Shown: positions 50,101 through 64,000 of the stretch, in pieces | How positions within the stretch are numbered: position 1 is the stretch's first letter | How the letters are laid out: each line of letters starts with the position of its first letter | DNA from: Azolla caroliniana | Taxonomy: Eukaryota; Plantae; Polypodiophyta | Length of the DNA stretch: 64,000 nucleotides | Reading direction: 5' to 3' | Assembly (NCBI GenBank): GCA_043228905.1 | Contig: JBHGNT010000005.1 | Location: forward strand, 18,910,001-18,974,000 | The notes under the pieces: model-generated | Told to the model about the DNA's origin: nothing | Database searches by the model: none | Seen by the model: the letters and a program-made list of their open reading frames with translations, nothing else | Translations under genes and position numbers: made by a program

Positions 50101-53100
50101 ATATTATGGATGATTCTACTGTCACTGGTGATTTGCAAGCTGTAATCGAGTTTGAGATGTAGGCACTAGGGTATTAGTTAGCATAGATGATTACAGAAGA
50201 AAATGATGCATGATAACGAAAATTTCTAGCTTTATATTATGCTCTTTAAAATGCTTTCTCTGAAGTTTTTTGTGTCAGTTTTTAAGGTTTAATTATGGTT
50301 ATTGGTGATGATATGCAGTCTTTGATTGGCCATTTCGACTTGGATCCAAATCGTGTGTGTGATATAGTAAGTGAGCTTCAACTTTTTGGAATTTATTGAT
50401 TGACTTCTTATTAGGTTACCCACTACGTAATAGGTTCTGACCTGATGCAGTAAAGTTTTTTTTACTCAACCTACTCATCAGAGAATTTTATGTACGTGCA
50501 CACATATACACATCAAATAAGCTGTTGAATGATTCTGTAGACAATAAAAAATATACAGAACTTTTATGATTGATTCAAATGCTCAAGTACATTTCGGTGC
50601 ATCCATATAATTTTGGCTCATTTTTTCAGTTTCCTCAGTGTCCAGATCTATATCTTGAAATTCAAAGGATCCTTACAAGAGAGCCTTGATACCATTGAAG
50701 TGGATGATGGTCTGAGAGTGACAAGAAATGTCACATACCACTCCTTGTTTACAAGTCAACTTACCTAGAATGCTATGGGAAGTAAAAAGTGGCTCATCAA
50801 AATATGCACATGTGGATATAACATTACATTGGCTACTGTTGTCCATCCAAGCCTTATGTCTAGAGATAATATCCCAAGTCTGTTGTTGCATGTGTGATTG
50901 AAGGCTGTGTTGGGATACAACTCACATATAAGTTTACTGTGGAGAACAAGAAAGCTGTGCAGTGTAAACCCAACTTAAGAGAGGGTTCCATCAAAAGTTC
51001 TTGAGTTGGAATTCTGAGCTTGGTTAACCTTTAAAGGGATTTATTTGGACAGTTATACTCATTGAATCTGGCTATTATTATCACAATTCACCACCCTCTA
51101 TTATGAATACAAGAATGCAAAATTTGTACTGGCACCTAGGTGTCTTGCCTATAACATTCACTTTGTTCACAGAAAACATATACAAGAGGCAATTCATAGG
51201 CTTCTAGTAGCAGATTGTCACAGGCATACTTGGCTACAAATTATGGAAGGATATCCCAGTTGGTCTATCAGGATGTGTAAAAAGGAGACACCATTGCCTG
51301 TATATATAAGGCTTTGGCCGACTCCACAAGTTAATAGAATATGAAGACCAACAATGTTTGGTACTATTCTTTCAATAAATCTATAGATATAGAAAGAACA
51401 AAAGAAAGAACGGAAGAAAAAGAGGGGAGAAAGATAATTTGACATCTTTTAAGAGGCCAAAATAGCCTCAGAGATGAGCAAGTGATTACATCCTAAAATA
51501 TTCTCTCATCTTTGAAACCAACAGACTAAATAAATATAACGAAATTAATAAAATTGTCTAAGGTACCCGACAACATGTTAGCTAAGCATTTCACATTTTA
51601 AGCATAGATGATTGAAACTTCTGCCTTCCTGAGATTTCACATGTGCCTATTGAAGATGGTGAGGTTTTCAAAGTGAGGGAAGCGTTTTTGGTCTTTCAGT
51701 GATAATAGGCTTGATTTGGCCTATGTGCAATGAAAACTGCTGTTTTGAGATCTGTCATAAGCCCTTACAAATGTTGTGATGGTCAGAGGACAACTTTATG
51801 GTTGCAAATTTATATCATTCTGCCAAAATTTTCTTTAGCATTATCGCTTGTCCCACTCCCATATTACAGTTCAATCAAGGATTGTACAAGTAGGGTCTTC
51901 ATCACAATATTCTAAAGGGTTAATAATAAATTGTGCAGGAGCAATTTATGGTGCATGTAGGCACATCTAATATCTTTGCCCCAGTTATATTATTTTACTG
52001 ATTTATAAATACTCATTTTGGTTTATTCTCCAGATGTGACACCATTTATGCATACCATTGTAGTGTCTTAAGAGACATTAATAAGTTTCATGCATATTTA
52101 TGGATTCAAAGATTGGCATTCATGGGGAGAATAAAATATCTATTGTATACTGGTGCGTATGAGTGTTTTGGTACAATTTATGGTGCATGTAATAAATTGC
52201 GCAGGAGCAATTTATGGTGCATGTAGGCACATCTAATATCTTTGCCCCAGTTTTATTATTTTACTGATTTATAAATACTCATTTTGCTTTATTCTCCAGA
52301 TGAGACACCATTTATGCATACCATTTTAGTGTCTTAAGAGACATTAATAAGTCTCATGCATATTTATGGATTCAAAGATTGGCATTCATGGGGAGAATAA
52401 AATATCTATTGTATACTGGTGCGATGAGTGTTTTGGTACAAGATTTTTATGCGACTTTTGTGGCCAGCTTCTTACATGCTGGCCCTAGAGAAAAACATTA
52501 GTATCATTTTAGTTTGGAGGCAAATGAATGTCATATCATTAAAGGAGAAATTAGAAAGTCAAAAGACCCAGAAAAGCTGAGTATGGGCACATATAACCTG
52601 GCCAATATACAGAACTGTCCCAAGGTAGAGGGAATCAGGCTATAATTCTATTTGATTATTTCAACCGAAGTTTTTGCTTTTGTAAATGGGATTTGACTAT
52701 TCTATTTGGCATGCTGCTCTGTTCTATGTGGTATTGTTATGTTAATCTAATGCCATCGTATGGAATAATATTTCTCGTTAAAGATGGCTGATATTTTTTA
52801 TATGTGCTGTGTAGGTTCTGGAGTGTTATGAATTGCAACCAGATAACACTGCATTTCTGGAACTGATTCCTTTGTTTCCCAAGGTTGAGGTTCAACCAAC
52901 CATTTAAATTCTGTTTTTTCATACGTTTGAGATGATGCACTTTGTTATTCGTTATACAATGAAAAGTCTTGTTTTCAATGGTACAGTCCCACACATCCCA
53001 TATATTGGGCTTCAAGTTCCAGTATTATCAACGCCCAGAAGTTAAGGATAATGTGCCAGATGGACTTTACATATTGGCTGCTACATTAATCAAAGCAAAC

Positions 53101-56100
53101 TTTATTGATCTCGAAAGCGTGTAAGTATATTGTTTGGTTAAGAGTAACATTGGTTTCCATTATTGTTTATGCATGGTTGGCTAAGTAAAATAATGAATTG
53201 TAACATTGTTTTTCATGGGCATATTGTGTTAAGCTAGAACCTTCTTCCAACCATGAACTCACTTCATAGTCAAGACTGTATTCTTGATTATTCACTTCTT
53301 AGTTTTTACATCATGCGTCATGTCCACTCTGTCAGAAAACTGTTATGAATAGGAGTAAGATGCCAAATATGCTAGCAGCAGCAGGAAAATAAAGTAAATA
53401 AGAATTGTATTTCTTAGTGAGGCACAAAGCCTTTAATTACAAATAATAAGAATAGGGTCTGTAACACATGCAATTATGAAAGGCGATAAAATATGTCTAG
53501 GAACATAATGAGTTAAAGTAAAGTAGCGGAGGGAAAAACAATGCAATAAATGCTGTAGTAAAGTAATGACAGGTTCAAAAGTCAAATGAAATAAATACTG
53601 GAATAAAGTGAATCGAGAGAGAAATGTGAGGAGATTGTGAAATATGTTGTTGCAAACAAAAGGTATGGAAAGAGTGTGAAATCATTGTCAGATATGATTT
53701 TTCGAACCTTCGTGGATGTCCCTATTTTAATTAAAGATACCCATTCACAAAACCTAGATAATGCTTCACATTTGGCTGGAAGTAACTAAACTCAAACTGT
53801 GTAAGAAATCATCAATTATAAGCATGAAATAGCTTGCACCACATAAATCTATATGGAATAACTCCAAATAGATGTGGATCAATGATAGAGCTTGCAAGGA
53901 AAAAGGCTTGGGGTGGTGCATTCCATGTACACAAGCTGCACATGAGGTATTGTAGACATTGAAATGAGGAAATTCAGGCTCCATTTGGGATGAAGAGAGC
54001 TTTTGAAGAGACTGACACAAAATATACCTGTTAGTCATTGCATGCCACAACTCTTTAGCTGTCCCTTCATCTTTTCCAAAAAAATGAAGAGCAATTTGAG
54101 GCTACATGTTGAAGAGCATGAAAGTATGAGCACATCCATCTTTGTCAAGCCAAGAGTCAATTGTAGCTCATGTGGTTGCGAATGAAAAATAGAACGATGG
54201 TATTCTAACAAGGTCATCATATGAAATTTCCCCTCTAGACAGTTGGCTCTATTTAGAATATACTCTTTGGGATGTTGAGGAATGGTGAAATATATAATAA
54301 TGGCATTGGAAGCCATGGAGTCCCTGCTGTGAAGCTGTAAACAGATTGTTGTAGCTAGGCGCACAAGGGCTGCTACACCTCCCCAAATGATTGTTCAAGT
54401 AGGACTATATATGGCTGTTTGGGGAACGTCTCAGTAGGGTGGGAGGGATGGAAATGGAGAAAAGAAACAAAATGTTGGCTGTACAATTAAATTTGGGTTG
54501 GATGGGAGAATGTTTTTGAACCGGAGACTATGCAGTTGTCATATTGCTGATAGCATGTGAGAAAGAAGCTGGCACATTAATAAGGTGTCTGTTATGAACA
54601 GGAATAAGGTGCCAAAGAGGCGAGCACATAATGTTGGGTGCCATAGAGGCTTGCAGCAGCAGAAAAATAAACCACATGAGAACTATATTTCTTACTGAGG
54701 CTCAAAGGCTTTAAATACAGAAAGCAAGATTTGGGTTTGTAATAGATCCATTTATGAAAGGGATAACATTTTTTAGGAGCATAATGAGTTAAGCAGTGGA
54801 GAAAAAAGCAATGCAGTAATGCTGTGATGAATTGTGGGCAGGTTCAAAAAGTAAAATATAAAAATTGTTGGAATAAACTGAATCTAAAGAGAGAAAATTT
54901 GTTGAGAGGAGATTGTAGAAGGGAGGGATTTGTTTTGGACTGTCATCGTCTAACACTTCAAGTTTATTTTCTGTACATAATGCTGACTAAACTACAAGCC
55001 TTTTGTACAAGCACCAGCTTATGACTTTATCAAGAGTTGGATAAATTTCTTTACAAATTTCCAGGAAAAAACTTGAAGTGGGCATGAAACATGATGTAGA
55101 AAATAAGTAATCAAGAATAGAATCCAAACTATGTAGCGAATTCATAGTTGAAACAAGACTATTCTTTTTCAAATTTCTTGAAAAAACTTGAAGTGCGCAT
55201 GAAGCATAATGTAGAATAAATAAATAAATAGTCAACAATACAGTCCAAAAAATGTAGTGAATTCATAGTTTGAAGAAGCTTCTATTCTTTTCAAATTTAC
55301 TGAAAAGGTAGAAACTTCTTCCAATTATGAATTCTCTACATTGTTTGGACTGTATTCTCGATTATTTATTGATTTATTTCTACTTCATGCTTCATACCCA
55401 CTTCAAGTTTTTTTTTTTTGACATACTAGAAACTAGAAGCATTGTGCACTAGCTCATGACTTTGTCAAGAGTTGGATAGATTTGTTTTAGGAATTTCCTG
55501 AAAGTTTCATCTAAAGTAAAGAGCGGTTTTCAAGGATATTGCCATGTGAGTTTGTAAAAACATTGTAATTCAGATGTATCACCTTCACATGTTTTAATGT
55601 GAAGCTAATTTGTTATTTACGTTGTAGTTGTTCTCATAGATGATGATTATAGTATAATCACAATTGCGAGTTTATTATAGCATTAATTTTGCAGGTTTGC
55701 GCATTTACAACCAGCAGATGAAGATGCTTTTGCTGAATATGAGGCTTTTTCAAAAAGGCAACTAGATGAAGTATGATCTTCCCCAAATCTTATTATTAAA
55801 TACAAGTATTTGCTCATACTTATCTTTTGACATTGTCATTCATTGCTTCTTAATGTTTTATAGGCAAACAAGATTGGAAAGATAAATTTAGCAGCGATTG
55901 GCAAAGACCTTATGGAGGAGGAGAAACCAGGAGATGTGACAATTGATTTATTTGCTGCATTGGATATGGAAAGTGAGGCTGTTATGGAGCGTTTACATGA
56001 GCTCTCAAGCAATCAGAAATTGGGCCTTTTGCGTGGGTTTCTTCAGATTAATGATTGGTACATATTTATCCTTACACTGCTTAATACTGCATTCTACCGA

Positions 56101-59100
56101 ATAATCAGAGCTGTTGATATCATGTCAATCATATTTATTGCATCTGGCCTTTATGTTTTCTTTGGTTAGCAATTGACATGCCACCATGAGCACTTTTATC
56201 AGTAAATATGCTATGCTTTTCCATGCAACAGAAGTACATTAAATGGAGAAAGTGATGGCCATTATTTGTTGATGCATAGTATTCTAGCTTATGATGAAAT
56301 CTGTTGGAAATGCTGATTTCATGTACAATTTTTCTTTTAGAGTGCATAGTATCTTCTATGAACAAGGATCACATGATATATCACAAGAGACTCATATTGG
56401 TAGTTTTAGAAATATTTTCTGTATAATGCTAATATATTTGGACTGGGCTTCTGGGTAACAGGTGTTCGTTTTGTATATCTTAACAACATTTATGCAGCAT
56501 GTCCAGAATGTATAGATTCTGTATGATATTTAGGCTGTTTGCCATAAATCGTTATGTAGGAGAATGCTATACAGATTAATGCACTCTGAAGTATTGAGGA
56601 CAGATGATATACTGTTTTCCAGTATGTTTTTTGTCGTGCAATTTGCATGAATAAAATTTACTCATTGAAATGTAATATATTTGTTTTTCGTTTTCCAGGC
56701 AGCATGCATATATGCTGTTCGATCGATTTACAAATTTGAATCCTGTCGCTTATCCTCAAATATGTGATGGGCTTTTCCGGTAAATTTCTTACATAATGGA
56801 ATATTTGTCTTCTTGAGAGACACTTAATCTAATTAAATGTAGAATGCATCATGTTATTTTATTTGGAGGTGTATTTCACATTTACAATATTCTCATAACG
56901 GTCATGCACATTTCATTTCCTCTATGGTTAAATACTAGTGCAAATATTTGTGGAAGAAATTGGTTGAGTTTTCTTTTTCTGTGTTTTTACTAGATAATGA
57001 GACAAACTTGTTTGCCGTTGCCAAAAATTTTATATGTGAATGAATTATCCATGGATGTGTTGTAGATGTGGTGGTATTTCATGGAGTGAACATTTTGTAC
57101 TGGTGATTTTTTGACAGTTTAGAAAAGAGTTTGACAAACAGAGTATTATTATCCTGTTAATCAGTTATAGGAGTACAACTTATGGTCTAAAACCATTAAT
57201 GCTCAATAGACAGCTATCTGTCTCTATAGGATTATCTTTGAGAACACACCTTATTGAATAATTCGATTTTCCAATTAATGATATTATTCATTGCTTGAGA
57301 TTCTGATTCCTATGCCATGTTCTTTTTTTTAAGACACTTTTAATTTTATAATCTGAGCTTAGTGGTTGTCTGATTATGTTGTACTGTAGTTCCATCTTTA
57401 CTCTTGTAAAAAAGTAATTTTCTTGCTGTTGCAGATCAATTGAGAATGCACTTGCCTCAAGCTATAGGCTTGTCAGACCCTCATATTTGTCTGATTTGGG
57501 AGGCAGCATTGATCTGGAAGCATCAAGGAGTACCCTAGAAGATGTGCCGAAGCATAGTTCTGAACCACCTGGTTTTGTAGGACTCAGTCGAGAATTCTTT
57601 CAGATGCTGTCTTGTGCTGGTCCATACCTTTATCGTGATGCTTTACTTTTGCAGAAGGTTCTGATGTTGAAAGTACATATGCATATGGTATAGACTGATG
57701 CTATATGAAGTTTCTGTTCCCTAAACACATTGTTCTTTGTCTTTTGTCAGGTTTGCAGAGTCCTTAGAGGTTATCTATCATGGGCAATATCTTATGCTTC
57801 AAGTGAATCAACTGGAATTCCTCATGAAAATGATTGGAAGGATCCAAAAACGTATCTGAAGGAGGCTCACTTAAGGATTCAGGAAGCTTTAGGGAACTGC
57901 TTACTACCATCTCTTCAGCTATTACCAGCAAATCCTGCAATAGGACTTGAAATATGGGAAGTTATGAGTCTTCTCCCATACGAGGTAGCTATATGCGTAA
58001 AAATGATATTTGCACTTCGTGGTTTCCTTTTTCAAACTGAATATTTGTTATCAAAGGAAATTAGAGGGGTAACATACTGTTTGAAAATTTGGAATATTTG
58101 CATATTTGAATTTTGAAGCCTCAATAACAAAAATATTATATGTGAGCTTAGTAACTTATTATATGTGGATAACAAAAATATTTGCATAATAGGCGTCAGG
58201 ATCTATTATAAATGCAATAAGAGCGATAGTTCATGTGGTAAAAATGATATTAGGGAACGTCAATAAATTTTACCTTGAAATAATTATAGCTAAAATCTAA
58301 TGTAAGGAACAGTTCTCTTAGAAGTGGTGCAATTTAAGGTTGATGTTAAAAGTGGAGAATTTTATTTCAATTTTAAAAGTTACATTTGGATATACAATGT
58401 AGTTTTTCATACGCTGTTCCTCTTTCTATTTCCAAAGTTATTCCTGGTATGAATATATTTCATTTTGAAGTCCTGTTTATGTAACTTTTTTGTTTCCAAA
58501 GATTCTTTATGATAGATAAAAGATCCAAGAAACAGAGAAGATACAAACTTTGAAATGCTCAATATAGTAAATAGCCTGGTTGATTCTTAGAGTAAAGCAA
58601 TAAAAATTCATACTGAGAATAAACTTGATTGCAACGATTTCAAGTTAACTGCAATGGATCAAGAAGAGCACTAATTAGCTTGTTTTTTTCAATAAAATCA
58701 TAGCTTGATTGATTCTTAAAAGAAAACTGACCTTCATGTTGAGAATGAACTTGGATACAAGCTGCAAAAATCGATTAAAGATAAAAGAGTGTGCTTATTA
58801 ATAGGTTTCAGTGCACAAATGATTCATAACCTGCTTTCTTAAGTAACTAAATTGTCAACCTCATTTTGATGTAAAGGTTGAATGCAAAGTATACAATCTA
58901 GGGATCTGTTTAACTATAGTGATTTGTCTGATGAAAAAGTTGAATGCTTATACTAGGATTTTGCTGTTTTGGTATCTGTATCTACTCTTATGCATGTGTG
59001 GTACTAAATTATGAAGAAATCATAATAGGCAAGGTATCGTCTGTATGGAGAGTGGGAAAAAGAGGATGAGAGGATTCCTATGATTGTAGCAGCTCGACAA

Positions 59101-62100
59101 ACTGCTAAGGTAAGAGTGAAACTTTGTGGTATTAGATAAATGGATTGCAGTTCCGGTTATGTTGGTCTTGTATATTCAACATTAATTAGCACGTAATTTC
59201 ACAGCCATTTGTTTTTCTGACTTTTAGAACCTATTCGGAAATTTCTCAGTCAACACCATACTTATTATATAGTCTGGTCCCAATGGTGTTTCTAAACTTC
59301 TGTATAACTCAGATCGATACCTGGGGGTAGGGAGTACCTTCAATTGCCATATATTTTAGAATTTGTGGACTATTTTTCACATGGTAGAAGTTACTATCAT
59401 ATGCTGGGGATGGGACATCACATTTCAAGATGTCCGTCCAGCTATTATTGTAGCATTTATAGGGTCATGGATGCAGGTTACTTCGTTTCCTTCAATTTTC
59501 CCTATGTATATTTCCAAAGTTTTCCAGAAAATTAGCATGAATCAATTTTTTAGGACATTGTTTAAGACATATTTGGAGATAGTTGAGCCATATATGTAAA
59601 AGATGTATTGCTGATACTGATTTGCTCGCTGAATCCTTACTTGATTAGTGCTTTGATTCATGTCCACCTCAAAGCTCCCTCACTTGCACTAAATTTGTAA
59701 GCCCATGAACATTTGATATTTTGTGCATATGTGCCTTTTTTATTTTCTTACTTGTGTGTGCTCTGTTTCAAGTCTATTCTTTCTACTTTATAAATTGTAT
59801 GTGTACCATATTGTTATATCTATTTGTGTACTTGTTTCTACATTTTTATACAGCTGGACACCAGACGTATACTGAAAAGATTAGCAAAGGAGAACTTGAA
59901 GCAACTTGGGCGTATGGTGGCTAAGATTGCTCATGCCAATCCAATGACAGTACTCCGAACCATTGTGCACCAGGTGCCGTATAAATATAATTTGATTGAT
60001 TTGGGAATATTTGCATGTTAACTTCCTGAGGTTGGTATTCTTTCTGCCATATTGTAACAGATTGAGGCTTATAAAGACATGATTACGCCAGTTGTAGATG
60101 CATTCAAGTATCTTACACAAGTAAGCACATGTTTCTATGTTTACTCAAAAGTGAATACAACAGGAGAATCTTATGTTGGATTCCCTACCAACTGCTATAT
60201 GTTAACTGATTTCTTACATGGAAATATTTGTGATTTGACAGTTGGAATATGATGTTTTAGAATATGTTGTGATTGAACGACTAGGACAAGGAGGACGGGA
60301 CAGGCTCAAGGAGGATGGCCTCAATTTGTCCGATTGGCTTCAATCCCTTGCTTTCTTCTGGGGTCACTTGTATGTCATTGATTTGATCTATTGTCTAGGC
60401 ATTAGCATATGTTAATAATATGCATATGAATGCATATTATATGATCAAAACTACTTACATGATTATGCTGTTCATATTTTCTATTCTAAATTCGACAATT
60501 GTGTTCTATGGGCTTTGTGGGTATGGTTTTCTCGTAACCCAGTTACATGCTTTCCTTTTCCTGTATTTTGCACTCTCATAGTGGTTCCTCATGCATGCTT
60601 CCCTCAGCATTCTAACTGAGTGACTCTGTTGGAATTGTATACATTACCTTTGTATTATCCTCAGAACTCAGTCACCAGTCATTTTTGTTGGATCTCTAAT
60701 ATATAGCCCTATTTTTATAGAAAAACCCCATTTTCCAATATCTATACCAAGCAAAAATTCACGGCTCAGAATTTGAATGAGATTTTAGGATTTCTCCTTA
60801 CACTTAGGAACTGTGGCCTAGAAGGATGCATTTTGTATAATCTCAGAATTTGATGACCTGGAAATTTTGATGGATCTTTAATTCAAATAATAGAGAGCCA
60901 TGGTTTAAAAAGAATCCAATCATTAATTTCAGTTCTCAAATAAACACCCATGGCTCATGAATGATGAGACTTATGATTTCTCATCTTCAGGAAATGTAGG
61001 CCAGATGAACAGCTTCTCCATCTTTGACATTAAAGGTTTTCTATTTCGCAAATGAGCTATTTAATATGATATTAATATTCTACTAACATCTAATATCACT
61101 CATTTTCACTGAAGGAGTTTTCCGTTGTTCTCTCAAATCTGACAAATAAAAAATCCACTAGAATATTATCAGACACCATAGAAACTATCTGTAGAACAGG
61201 TAAACCTCTAGAATTCACATTGGTAGATTCGTATCAATACATTCCTTTGGGGATGAAAGATTGACAGTGAATAAAAGATTTTCTTTTCAGTTAAATACTA
61301 GCTGCGATTGCGATGAACAACTGTTTTTGCAATTATCTACTGCAATTTTCATGATTTTCTTCATGTAATATAAGAGAAAAACTACATGGCTGACAATTTT
61401 GGGTGGTGAGAATCGTACATGTTCACTTTGTTATATATTGTGCAGAAATAATCTATTCATTAATGTGTGACTTATTTCTAGGTGCAAAAAATATCCGTCA
61501 ATGGAACTTAGAGGTCTCTTCCAATATTTGGTAAACAAGTTAAAGAAAGATGAAGGAATAGAACTCATTGTTCTTCAGGTGAGTCTTTATCTGAGTAAGT
61601 TAAGATCTTTAATTAAGCTGAAATAAACATGAAAACATATAACAAGATGGTTTATGTTTCAAAAACAGTCAATGACGAGATTGAATAGCCTGGCCAACGC
61701 AAGTCTATTTTACATATGTGTAGTAGGGAGTCAAAAGTATCTCCAGAATCTTCGTGTTCCTTACATATCTGATTGTTATTAAATACTTCCTTTCTTGACC
61801 TCAATGCATGATCTTTTATGGTCTCTTTTTAGAATATTCAACCTAGGGTTTAACTTGCGATCTTACTATTTATGTGAGTTTGCCTAGCTGTCTTACTGTT
61901 GTTCATGTTCAAGTGTATGTAATAGATGATTATGTTAACAAAACCTTACGAAAACATCATGCATATGAATATTTGATAATATTGTTTTCTATGCAGAGTA
62001 TATTTAGATTTGGACTTCCCTTTTCATTTGTACCAGGAATTGATACAACAAATGGCAAATGTTGAATATACTGAAAATGTTACCGAGGAACAACTAGAAG

Positions 62101-63673
62101 CCATGGCAGGTGGTGAAAACTTACGCTACCATGCAACATCATTCGGTGCAACAAGAAACAATAAGGTACTAAAAATGAAGGCAAAACAGTAATCTGTGTC
62201 TTTATGTAGCCAGTCTATGATTCTTAATTATATTATGAAGTTTAGCCCAGAAACATGCATGGGGATTTTTACACACTCTTGGGCAACTGTATGCTTAAGT
62301 TATTTCTGTCCCTTGAGTCTTTTCCATGGGGTTTAGTCAAGTTAATTGTACGAATAGGACATACTCATGAAAATAGCCAGATCTACAAGGGGCCAAAATG
62401 TGTCAAATTATGATTACGAATATGGGTAACTTCAGGCTATCAATTTGAAACATTAATAAAAGCTCGTCCTCTGTTTGAAACTATCTTTTGAGAAGCTCAT
62501 GCAATGGTCTTTGTGGGAAGTGCTTCTCTTGGGGCAATCCGAGTCTTTTCTGTATTGAGAGATAATAGGGACATCATATCTGATATTTTTATCTGGCATA
62601 ACCATTTTGGCTAATTTATCTGAGTTCTTTATGTTGTTAACTAGTGTTGTTGTGGCTGTGCATTTCTTGAGAGTTTTCTGCCTGATTATCTCATCCATTA
62701 GCTAGTACATGTACACTTACAGGCTTAAAAAATGCAGGATGCTCTATAAACAGAGTCTACAGAAACTCTGCCATCCATGGTTCACACCTCAGGATGCTGA
62801 TTGCATGTTTGAGAAAAGTCTAATGGGATAATTTTGTAGAGATGTTTTCTTCCTTTGTTTTCTTTTGGAGGTTTCAGTGCCTATGGAAATATGGTTTGTA
62901 TTTTTACAGGCTTTGTTCAAGTCAACAAACAGACTTCGGGATTCTCTTCTTTCTAAAGATGAGCCAAAACTTGCAGTACCACTCCTGATGTTGATTGCCC
63001 AACATAGATCAAAGTTAGTCTGAATAAATCCTTTTCTTTGACTTCATTGACATAAACTCAGTGTGGACATTCATTACATTGCAAATAAAGTCATAAAGTA
63101 TGTTTGGGCACACATACTGTGAATGAATATCTGTAATATCTAGAGTAAGAAATTCCATTTGTGTATGGAATATATTTCTACAATAGCTGATGCTGAATAT
63201 ATTTATTTGTTCACATTTGCACAACCTCAGGGTTGTAATAAATGCAGATGCACCATATATCAAAATGGTCAGTGAACAGTTTGATAGGTGCCATGGAACC
63301 CTTTTGCAGTTTGTGGAGTTTTTAACTAGCGCAGTCACACCTGCAGTTGCATATGCTCAGTTGGTTCCTCCATTGGATGAGATGCTTCACAAGTATCATA
63401 TTGAACCAGAGGTGGTTTTCCTGATACCTGTTAGCATGTTTTGAAATTAGATTTTTCTTTCTGAAAATACGTGATTATTTTCTCGTATTATTTTTTCTAG
63501 GTATGCTTTCTGATATACCGACCAGTCATGCGTTTATTCAAGGTAACTAGTACAGCTGAGTATATTGAGAATGGAAAAAGTTATCCACAGTCTTCTTCAG
63601 GCAGAGAAAACTGGCCGTTAAATTCAAGCAATGACCTGGTATTGGAACTGGGTCCCACTAGGAAACCCCTCAT
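44109..63673 (+). CDS. THO2: THO complex subunit 2 (TREX mRNA export), 5' part: 24 coding exons, ~901 codons; the gene continues beyond the window
   Basis: GT-AG exons with consistent phases: 44109-44234, 47117-47242, 47315-47356, 47470-47529, 47622-47684, 49498-49578, 49689-49763, 50319-50366, 52815-52883, 52987-53120, 55695-55770, 55864-56057, 56699-56779, 57435-57657, 57751-57984, 59029-59109, 59854-59973, 60061-60120, 60242-60369, 61482-61578, 62037-62165, 62910-63013, 63231-63411, 63501-63673. Diagnostic peptides: [92 protein letters not shown]. Confidence 0.96.
44400..45230. repeat. Degenerate purine-rich tandem repeat array in THO2 intron 1
   Basis: Recurring TTTTATTTG(C/A)TGAAGAGAAGGAAATGG...TCAAGGAAAG...TTTCTTATGAAG units with irregular 60-170 bp spacing. 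Confidence 0.7.
46010..46700. repeat. ~293-bp tandem repeat (about 2.3 copies) in intron 1
   Basis: TCTATGAA...CAGGAAGTT...CTTTATC unit starts at ~46013, ~46304 and ~46600. Confidence 0.8.
51925..52441. repeat. Recent ~252-bp tandem duplication in intron 8
   Basis: 51925-52176 is nearly identical to 52191-52441, separated by a 14-bp filler. Confidence 0.9.
53341..54945 (-). mobile_element. Old degenerate Copia-derived element in intron 10
   Basis: Diverged ~310-350-bp direct repeats start TGTTATGAA at 53341 and 54590. They flank a minus-strand integrase remnant (C..C..G...PF; [20 protein letters not shown]) at 53766-54050. No PBS or TSD recognised. Confidence 0.6.
55066..55415. repeat. Tandem plus inverted ~100-bp repeat (fold-back) in intron 10
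   Basis: AAAAAACTTGAAGTG...GAATTCATAGTT unit at ~55066 and ~55181, with its reverse complement at ~55315-55415. Confidence 0.75.
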
Positions 63674-64000
63674 GTAAGTACAATGTCTATGGTTTGGTGG
63701 TCATCAATTATTAGAGGTTATTAAGCTTGAGTTATTCTTTAGAAAACCAAGCAAAGGCTGTTTTTCCTGATAGGGATGGAATCCTGTACCCATACCTCCT
63801 TCCCTATTACCAAAGGTGGCAGGGTTATCTGCGTTGTCTTAAATAATGAGTTGTACAAAATTCATTATTTTCATTCTCATATGACACATGATTTGAGTTT
63901 TGCTGAAATCAAAGTCTTCTTTTTATCGTCTGTTTCTTGAGCTTGTTTGATTGTTTTTTGGGAGATAAGATGATATAACCCTTTTCAAGAATCTGAGGAA

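Noticed and set aside
44600-63338. Short ORFs lying wholly within THO2 introns or antisense to exons
   Set aside because: Low-complexity AT-rich sequence with no recognisable domains, apart from the Copia integrase remnant at 53766-54050.

Overview
Eukaryotic land-plant genomic DNA, probably a non-seed plant (inferred only from the TE lineages). Bases 1-~43,300 are a stack of nested LTR retrotransposons. Ty3/Gypsy element D (minus strand, tRNA-Trp PBS) hosts a related element A (plus strand) and a gag-only non-autonomous relative E. A in turn hosts a full-length non-chromovirus Gypsy element B (TSD ATCAA) and a Copia solo LTR C (TSD GAAGG). D's 5' LTR is interrupted by F, a second B-family copy (minus strand), which contains a very young Tnt1/Tork-like Copia element G (TSD GTTTC). 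From 44,109 to the window end lie the first 24 coding exons of a THO complex subunit 2 (THO2) gene. Most striking observations: (1) both B-family copies lack a polypurine tract and instead carry a sense copy of a tRNA-Arg-like 3' end (GTCCCACGGGCGTGCCA) 2 nt before the 3' LTR, suggesting a second tRNA primes plus-strand synthesis. (2) The LTRs of A and E each contain an antisense tRNA-type Pol III promoter (A box, 32 nt, B box). (3) A and D share a G_GAU_UUU-UAG -1 frameshift site after a gag-protease ORF whose catalytic motif is D-H-G. All alignments and counts were done by eye, and tRNA matches rely on recalled sequences.
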